57,419 bases of DNA, taken from positions 1 to 57,419 of the forward strand of contig CACHMF010000004.1 in NCBI GenBank assembly GCA_902580855.1, given 5' to 3'. How positions within the stretch are numbered: the first letter of the stretch is position 1; each line of letters begins with the position of its first letter. This document shows, piece by piece, positions 51,032 through 57,419 of this stretch. The notes below the pieces were generated by a model. The model saw only the letters and a list, made by a program, of their open reading frames with translations. It was not told the origin of the DNA and searched no databases. This DNA comes from an uncultured Bacteroidota bacterium. GTDB taxonomy: Bacteria; Bacteroidota; Bacteroidia; Flavobacteriales; UBA7312. Made by a program: the position numbers and the translations under genes.

Positions 51032-53823
51032 TGTGCTTCTAGCCAGCTAATACCTGTTCCCATATCAACCTCTAAAGGAACAGATAGTTGAACAGCATTT
51101 TCCATTTTTTGTTGAATGATGGATTGGATAGTTTCTAATTCATCATTATGTACATCAAAAACTAGTTCATCATGTACTTGTAAAAGCATTTTAGAAAGAA
51201 AGTCCTCTTGCTGAAAAGCTTTGTGTACATCAATCATAGCGACTTTTATAATATCAGCAGCAGAGCCCTGTATAGGAGCATTGATAGCGTTTCGCTCGGC
51301 ATATCCTCTTACAACTGCATTTCTAGAATTGATGTCTTTAAGTAATCGCTTACGCCCCATTAATGTTTCTACATATCCTTTTTCGCGAGCTCTTTCAATA
51401 CTCAAGTCCATGTATGTTTTAACCTTTGGATATTGTGCAAAATAATTTTCTATAATCTCTTTTGCTTCTGATCTTTTGATGCCTAAGCGCTGTGCTAGTC
51501 CGAAGGCAGAAATACCATATATTATTCCAAAGTTTACCATTTTGGCATGTGATCTTTGCTCTCTGCTAACCTCTTCTAGCGAAACTTGATATACTTTTGC
51601 GGCAGTAGCAGCATGAATATCTTCTTTATTTTGAAACGCAGACAGCATGCCTTCATCTTGTGATAAATGAGCCATTAAACGCAATTCAATCTGAGAATAG
51701 TCAGCAGCAAGCAAGGTGAAGTTCTCATTTCTAGCAACGAAAGCCTTGCGTACCTCTCTTCCTTTTTCACTACGGATAGGAATGTTTTGCAGGTTTGGAT
51801 TGATAGAGCTTAAACGCCCTGTTGAAGCTACAGCTTGTTGATAGGTAGTATGTATTCTCTCTTCTTTTTCAGAAGCTAATTCAGGTAAGGCATCCACATA
51901 GGTCGACTTTAATTTTTGTAGCTGTCTAAACTCCAAAATATCATCAATGATTTCATGCTTACCTTTCAGTTTTAACAAGGTTTCTTCAGAAGTGGAATAC
52001 TGTCCTGTTTTAGTCTTTTTAGGTTTGTCAACCAGTTTTAGATGCTCAAAAAGAACTTGTCCCAACTGTTTAGGAGAAGCTAAGTTGAATGGTATTCCTG
52101 CTATCGTTTGCACGCTATCATTTAGCTCCAAAATGCGACTTTCTAACTCTTTAGAAAAGTCATTTAGTGCATCAATATCAATACGAATACCTTCTATTTC
52201 CATAGCGGATAACACAGGAATCAGCGGGAGTTCAATATCGTTGAACAACTTTTCTAGATGTGTTCCTTTTAACTTTTGAGCAAATATTTGCTTCAGCTGC
52301 CAAGTGATGTCGGCATCTTCACATGCGTATTCATACACTTTATCTAACGGGGCTTGGCGCATGCTGAGTTGGTTTTTTCCTTTTTTTCCAATGAGCGTTT
52401 CTATACTAATTGGAGAATAATTCAAATAGTTTTGCGCTAACACATCCATGTTATGTCTTTGATCGGGCTTTAAAAGGTAATGAGCCAACATGGTATCAAA
52501 ATAAGGAGCCGCGACAACTATGTCGTATTTCGCTAATATTTTGTAGTCATATTTCAGATTTTGGGCAATTTTTTCGATGCCTTGTTTTTCAAAAAACACT
52601 TTAAATTCATTTGCAATATTCTGTTCTTCCCCTTCTGGAATGTGCACATAAAACGCTTGGTTTTTTTCAAAGCAAAAAGCGAGTCCTATAAGATCTGCTG
52701 TTAGTGGGTTTAGCCCTGTGGTTTCTGTGTCGAAACAGACAGAAGTCTGTTGCATTAAATCAGTTAAAAGCTGAGAGCGCTGTTCGGTTGTTGAGACAAG
52801 TTGATATTTTATTTGCTTATCGCTGATGTTTTGGTAACAGGCAACAGGAATTTCTTCTTTCATAGAAAATAAATCCATTTGACCAGAATTAGTATTTTTC
52901 TTCGAAGAAGTTGCTTGTGTTGCTCTATTTATAGTGTTTTCTGACTCTACATTTAATATTCTTTTTGCTAAGGTTCTGAACTCAAGTTCTTCAAAAAGAT
53001 TTTGCACTTTTTCTGCATCAAATTTTTGTACCTGTAGCACTTCCTCATCTAATTCTATTGGTGCGTTTAAAAGTATCGTAGCTAGCTTTTTAGACAAGAC
53101 TCCTTGTGCTTTATTGGCTTCAATTTTTTCTTTTATTTTTCCTTTCAGTTGATTAGTATTGGCTAGAAGATTTTCCATGCTTCCGTACTCTGCAAGGAAT
53201 TTTTTGGCAGTCTTTTCTCCTACCCCTGGCAGTCCTGGTATATTATCAACCGCATCTCCCATCATCCCTAGAAAGTCAATGACTTGATCAACTTGATTAA
53301 TCTCAAATTTATCGAGTACCTCTTGCACTCCCCATACTTCTGTTGGCTTCCACTTATTACCAGGTCTATAAAGTAAAATGTTTTCTGAAACCAATTGAGC
53401 AAAATCTTTATCAGGGGTCATCATATATGTGGTAAACCCTGCTTTTTCCGCCTTTTTAGCGAGTGTACCAATAACATCATCGGCTTCATATCCATCCACA
53501 AAAATTTTAGGAATATTGAAGGCATCAAGCACTTGGTCGATATACGGAAGTGCCACCGAAATTCCTTCTGGCATTGCTTCACGGTTAGCTTTGTATTCGG
53601 TGTATTCTATGTGTCGTACGGTAGCAGCAGGGGTATCGAAAACCACTGCTATATGCGTAGGATTTTCTTTCTTTAGCACATCCACAAGTGTATTGACAAA
53701 TCCCAATACAGCCGAAGTCTCGACGCCTTTAGAATTTATGCGTGGATTTTTGCTAAACGCAAAATAAGCGCGATAAATAATCGCAAAAGCATCTATTAAA
53801 AAGAGTTTCTTGATGTTAGACAT
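51028..53823 (-). CDS. polA: DNA polymerase I
   Basis: 5'-3' exonuclease 'LFLIDA..IYRAYFA', 'YEADDVIGT'; 3'-5' exonuclease 'FDTETTG'; polymerase 'ADYSQIELR', 'QVHDEL'. Start reassigned to MSNIKK (53823). Confidence 0.98.
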   Translation of the reverse strand: MSNIKKLFLIDAFAIIYRAYFAFSKNPRINSKGVETSAVLGFVNTLVDVLKKENPTHIAVVFDTPAATVRHIEYTEYKANREAMPEGISVALPYIDQVLDAFNIPKIFVDGYEADDVIGTLAKKAEKAGFTTYMMTPDKDFAQLVSENILLYRPGNKWKPTEVWGVQEVLDKFEINQVDQVIDFLGMMGDAVDNIPGLPGVGEKTAKKFLAEYGSMENLLANTNQLKGKIKEKIEANKAQGVLSKKLATILLNAPIELDEEVLQVQKFDAEKVQNLFEELEFRTLAKRILNVESENTINRATQATSSKKNTNSGQMDLFSMKEEIPVACYQNISDKQIKYQLVSTTEQRSQLLTDLMQQTSVCFDTETTGLNPLTADLIGLAFCFEKNQAFYVHIPEGEEQNIANEFKVFFEKQGIEKIAQNLKYDYKILAKYDIVVAAPYFDTMLAHYLLKPDQRHNMDVLAQNYLNYSPISIETLIGKKGKNQLSMRQAPLDKVYEYACEDADITWQLKQIFAQKLKGTHLEKLFNDIELPLIPVLSAMEIEGIRIDIDALNDFSKELESRILELNDSVQTIAGIPFNLASPKQLGQVLFEHLKLVDKPKKTKTGQYSTSEETLLKLKGKHEIIDDILEFRQLQKLKSTYVDALPELASEKEERIHTTYQQAVASTGRLSSINPNLQNIPIRSEKGREVRKAFVARNENFTLLAADYSQIELRLMAHLSQDEGMLSAFQNKEDIHAATAAKVYQVSLEEVSREQRSHAKMVNFGIIYGISAFGLAQRLGIKRSEAKEIIENYFAQYPKVKTYMDLSIERAREKGYVETLMGRKRLLKDINSRNAVVRGYAERNAINAPIQGSAADIIKVAMIDVHKAFQQEDFLSKMLLQVHDELVFDVHNDELETIQSIIQQKMENAVQLSVPLEVDMGTGISWLEAH

Positions 53824-53872
53824 GAAATGGTGATTTCTGTGCAAGATACAAGAATATGCCTATTTTTGGGGT

Positions 53873-54169
53873 ATGCGATTAGGCTTATTCATAGCGGTTT
53901 TAACCCTTTGTTTTGCAGCAAAAGCACAAACACAATTAGATACTTTAGAAGGATGGTGGACAATGCAAGACGGTCAACACTATTTTGAAGATAATGATTT
54001 AATCAAAGTTAAGTTTGTTGGAGAAGAAGTATGGGGGATGGAAGATTATTATGCTGCAATGGTACCTCAACTAGGCTTACCACTGCAAGTTATAATCATT
54101 GCTGTCAAAAAAGAAGATTTTTTAGAAGTATATACGCTAAATCCTTCACCAGAGGGTTGTGATAATTGA
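53873..54169 (+). CDS. small secreted acidic protein of unknown function
   Basis: Signal peptide (AAKA/Q), upstream TATTTTTG -7 element (53861-53868). Confidence 0.65.
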   Translation: MRLGLFIAVLTLCFAAKAQTQLDTLEGWWTMQDGQHYFEDNDLIKVKFVGEEVWGMEDYYAAMVPQLGLPLQVIIIAVKKEDFLEVYTLNPSPEGCDN

Positions 54170-54258
54170 CCTATTTCTAAAAAGAATTCACCCTTTAGCT
54201 CTTCCAAAATGTTGCTAATAAGTAGCTTATAGCTAACTCTTTCTTTTATTTGTTAAGC

Positions 54259-54999
54259 TTATTTTAGTGCAACAGGGTTCAACTTTATAATTCCAATCCA
54301 ATCAAACAATCGAATAATTGGATAGATAGGGTCAATTTCGTACCACTTTTCGGCAAAATTAGCTCTTCCCCCATGCGCATGATGGTTATTATGATAACCT
54401 TCTCCTAGCATAAAAGGATCGAATGGCATTAGGTTTTTAGAAGTGTTGTCAATATCATGATTAGTGTAGCCAATTTTGTGTGCAAACCAGTTTACAATTG
54501 TGCCATGTACCGGCCCCATTAAAACATGAATTGGAACTAGTAAGAACATCCACCAAGCAGTTGCAAATTTGATATAAAATAAGATGTAAACAGCAGCCCA
54601 CAACAATTTTACGAAGAAAGAGCCAGCCATCTTATCAAACCATTTCCAATCAGGAAGATTCTTATAGAATGCATCTTTTAATTCTATTGTTTTATCTTGG
54701 ACACCTTTAAACTGATGGTAGGTTTTAACCATTAGCTTAATCACATTATTTGAATATTTCGGAGAATGCGGATCTTTTTCTGTATCTGCATGTGCATGAT
54801 GCATTCTATGCATTGCACCATATACTTTTGGGCTCATGTATGATGAACCTTGAACAATAAAAGAAAAAACAAAAAATATTTTTTCGGTGAATTTATTCAT
54901 CGTAAACATTTGGTGTGCTGAATATCTATGGTGAAAAAAGGATTGTGCGAAAAGCGAAAGATACCAGTGTGCAACAAAAAAAATTAAAATTTCCATCAT
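54259..54999 (-). CDS. acyl-CoA (delta-9 type) fatty acid desaturase
   Basis: His boxes 'HRYSAH', 'HRMHH', 'HNNHH', plus 'DPHSP'. -7 element at 55025-55032 (minus). Confidence 0.92.
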   Translation of the reverse strand: MMEILIFFVAHWYLSLFAQSFFHHRYSAHQMFTMNKFTEKIFFVFSFIVQGSSYMSPKVYGAMHRMHHAHADTEKDPHSPKYSNNVIKLMVKTYHQFKGVQDKTIELKDAFYKNLPDWKWFDKMAGSFFVKLLWAAVYILFYIKFATAWWMFLLVPIHVLMGPVHGTIVNWFAHKIGYTNHDIDNTSKNLMPFDPFMLGEGYHNNHHAHGGRANFAEKWYEIDPIYPIIRLFDWIGIIKLNPVALK

Positions 55000-55071
55000 C
55001 TATTTTTGTATAAATTACTTACAACAAAGTTATACAAATTATTTTTAAACTTATTCATGTCTTAAATTTTA

Positions 55072-56043
55072 TTACTCATTGTATACAACTTCCATAATAG
55101 TTTGTCCTACAGCTTTAAGTGTTTCTTTATTGATATTTTCCATATTATCTCCATGTGTATGCCAATGTTTATTGAAACCGCTTAAAGTTTGGTTATCATG
55201 TTCAATAATATCTATGGTAGGTATATGGGCTAGCTTATTAATGTAATAATGATCGTCGATAATTTCTGGTGTTAATTGGTATTGAAAAAATTGTCCGTAG
55301 CCTAAATTATTGGCAATTCCCCAAACCTTTTTCAGAATACTTGGGGCATAATGTTTAGAAACAGCATCATGTTTAAAAACTGCGTTTGGAGCCCCTACCA
55401 TGTCTAGTAAAATACCGTATCTAGCATAATAGTCATATTTATGAGGGTTTTTTGACCAATACTGTGACCCAATACACCATGTATCTTGTTGAGGAGCACT
55501 TAATGAGCTTTGTGGTTGCCCATAATCTTCAGCATCAAATAGGATGATGTCAACACCAATATTACTGTTTTTTATCGCTAACTGTCGAGCTAACTCTAAA
55601 AGAACTCCTACGCCACTTCCACCATCATTTGCACCTAATATGGGTTCGTTAGTTCTTTCAGTATCATGGTCAGCAACATGGCGTGTATCCCAGTGTGCAC
55701 ACAGTAAAATTCGGTTGTTCTTTTCTGGACTAAACTCTGCAATAATGTTTCTTAGTTGATGATTTTTTCCATCATAAGTAGTAAAGGGTGTGTTTTGTTC
55801 TTGCACATAAGGAGTATACTTTTTAAGTTCATTAAAAAGGTAATCTCCACATGCTTCCCATCCCTTACTACTGATGTATCGTGGGCCAAAATCTACTTGA
55901 GTTTGAATGTAATGATATGCGCTATCCGAATTAAAAGTAGGGACTTCTACTTTTGGTTTCTCTGCTTGTTTTTGTTGTTTAGGAGTTTCACTAGAACATG
56001 CTACAAGAAAAGCAATAATAAGAATGTAAAAATATTTTTTCAT
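55072..56043 (-). CDS. M28-family lipoprotein, probable glutaminyl-peptide cyclotransferase
   Basis: Lipobox 'LVAC', 'AHWDTR', 'GANDGGSG', 'FDAEDYG', 'LLDMVG', 'DDH', 'WHT..D'. Confidence 0.8.
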   Translation of the reverse strand: MKKYFYILIIAFLVACSSETPKQQKQAEKPKVEVPTFNSDSAYHYIQTQVDFGPRYISSKGWEACGDYLFNELKKYTPYVQEQNTPFTTYDGKNHQLRNIIAEFSPEKNNRILLCAHWDTRHVADHDTERTNEPILGANDGGSGVGVLLELARQLAIKNSNIGVDIILFDAEDYGQPQSSLSAPQQDTWCIGSQYWSKNPHKYDYYARYGILLDMVGAPNAVFKHDAVSKHYAPSILKKVWGIANNLGYGQFFQYQLTPEIIDDHYYINKLAHIPTIDIIEHDNQTLSGFNKHWHTHGDNMENINKETLKAVGQTIMEVVYNE

Positions 56044-56047
56044 CTGT

Positions 56048-57419
56048 TTAATTTTTCAACTCCCAAGAAGAGCCGTCTTTACCATCTTTTACTTGTATGT
56101 TGAGTTTGTTCAGTTCCTCACGAATCAAATCTGCAGAATCCCAATCTTTATTTTCTTTGGCCTTGGAGCGTAGCTGTAAAACAATATCCATAACTTCATT
56201 AGTAAGGTCGTTTCCAGCTTCTTCTTTAGTTGATTTTAATCCCAAAATATCTGTTACAAATGTTTGGAATAATTGTTTCAAATCAGCAAGATCATTTGCG
56301 CTTAACTGCTCAGTGCCATCTTTAACAGAGTTGATGATGCGTACACCATCAAACAAATGCGATATTAAAATAGGCGTGTTGAAGTCATCATTCATTGCTG
56401 TATAGCATTTGTCTTTCAACGCAGCTACATCATAAGTAGAGCTATCACTTGCAGTTAATCCTTCAAGTGTTTCATACGCATTCATCAGTTTGGCCATGCC
56501 TTTTTCTGCTGCCTGTAAGGCCTCATTTGAAAAATCGACCGTACTTCTATAGTGAGCCTGTAAGATGAAAAAACGAATAGTCATAGGCGTATAAGCGCGC
56601 TCTAATAAGTCATGATTTCCTGTGAAAAACTGCTCTAGGTTTACAGCGTTTCCTAAAGACTTACCCATCTTTTGTCCGTTGATGGTAATCATGTTATTAT
56701 GCATCCAAAATTTAGCGGGATCGCAATCATTACATGCGTTCGATTGAGCAATTTCTGCTTCATGATGAGGAAACACTAAGTCCATTCCACCTCCATGAAT
56801 GTCAAAAGTGTCGCCTAGGTATTTGCTGCTCATGGCAGAACACTCTAAATGCCATCCAGGAAAACCTTCTCCCCATGGAGATGACCAGCGCATGATGTGC
56901 TCGGGAGCTGCTTTTTTCCAAATAGCAAAATCAACAGGACTTTTCTTCTCGTTTTGCCCATCTAGGGAGCGTGTGTTTTCTAATGTATCCTCCAAATTCC
57001 TTCCAGAAAGTTTTCCGTAAGGGTATTTTTCATTGTACTTATTTACATCTAAATACACAGATCCACTTGCCTCATAAGCTAATCCGTTGTCAAGGATTTG
57101 TTTCACCATCTCAATTTGTTCAATAATGTGTCCAGTAGCTCTCGGCTCAATGCTTGGAGAAAGGCAATTCAATGCTTCAACGGCTTGATGATAGCGTAGC
57201 GTGTAATACTGTACTACTTCCATCGGTTCTAACTGCTCTAAGCGCGCCTTTTTAGTAATTTTATCTTCGCCTACTTCAGCATCATTTTCTAGGTGTCCAG
57301 CATCCGTGATGTTGCGTACATAGCGCACTTTAAAATCGAGGTGTTGTAAATATCTAAAAACGATATCGAAAGTAATGGCAGGACGAGCATGCCCTAAATG
57401 AGGGTCTCCATAAACGGTG
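56048..57419 (-). CDS. cysS: cysteine--tRNA ligase, 5' end beyond the window
   Basis: Frame is open to the window edge and reads [12 protein letters not shown] (HIGH motif), then '[12 protein letters not shown]', 'DIHGGG.DL.FPHHE', 'KMGKS'. Confidence 0.97.
   Translation of the reverse strand, partial: TVYGDPHLGHARPAITFDIVFRYLQHLDFKVRYVRNITDAGHLENDAEVGEDKITKKARLEQLEPMEVVQYYTLRYHQAVEALNCLSPSIEPRATGHIIEQIEMVKQILDNGLAYEASGSVYLDVNKYNEKYPYGKLSGRNLEDTLENTRSLDGQNEKKSPVDFAIWKKAAPEHIMRWSSPWGEGFPGWHLECSAMSSKYLGDTFDIHGGGMDLVFPHHEAEIAQSNACNDCDPAKFWMHNNMITINGQKMGKSLGNAVNLEQFFTGNHDLLERAYTPMTIRFFILQAHYRSTVDFSNEALQAAEKGMAKLMNAYETLEGLTASDSSTYDVAALKDKCYTAMNDDFNTPILISHLFDGVRIINSVKDGTEQLSANDLADLKQLFQTFVTDILGLKSTKEEAGNDLTNEVMDIVLQLRSKAKENKDWDSADLIREELNKLNIQVKDGKDGSSWELKN

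Noticed and set aside
2311-57020. Dozens of 60-180 aa alternative-frame or antisense ORFs in the track (e.g. 17107-17547, 22856-23311, 24536-25072, 30766-31146, 45461-45859)
   Set aside because: They lie within well-supported genes, lack recognisable motifs and have the composition of antisense shadows.

Overview
Gene-dense chromosomal segment of an AT-rich Bacteroidota bacterium, probably a free-living aquatic Flavobacteriales. The taxonomic call is inferred from TAnnTTTG promoters, T9SS C-terminal domains, no obvious Shine-Dalgarno motifs and the gene content. The window opens inside a carotenoid cluster (crtD-cruF-lycopene cyclase) followed by a GT4 glycosyltransferase. An accessory region at 3.8-15.2 kb holds the most interesting material: a tightly coupled 7-gene operon (T9SS-secreted arylsulfotransferase-like protein, cohesin-like T9SS protein, T9SS CotH kinase, lipoprotein, VTC polyphosphate polymerase, DUF4956 membrane protein, DUF2490-like outer-membrane barrel), then a Kgp-like lysine gingipain with a coupled small T9SS protein. 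The rest is mostly housekeeping: rpoN, asnS, a TetR-TolC-RND efflux operon, dxs, the yceD-rpmF-plsX-fabH-accB-accC cluster, pdxA, pepA, mqnC, riboflavin synthase, lepA, yebC, pccB, purD, purQ, nadD, gmk, yicC, metB, polA, a desaturase, a glutaminyl cyclase-like M28 lipoprotein and partial cysS. It also contains a 55-aa gene missing from the ORF track and a tandem pair of separately promoted ~75-aa membrane paralogs of unknown function. No rRNA, tRNA, CRISPR array or mobile element was seen. All family assignments come from motif recognition and recall; no database search was run.
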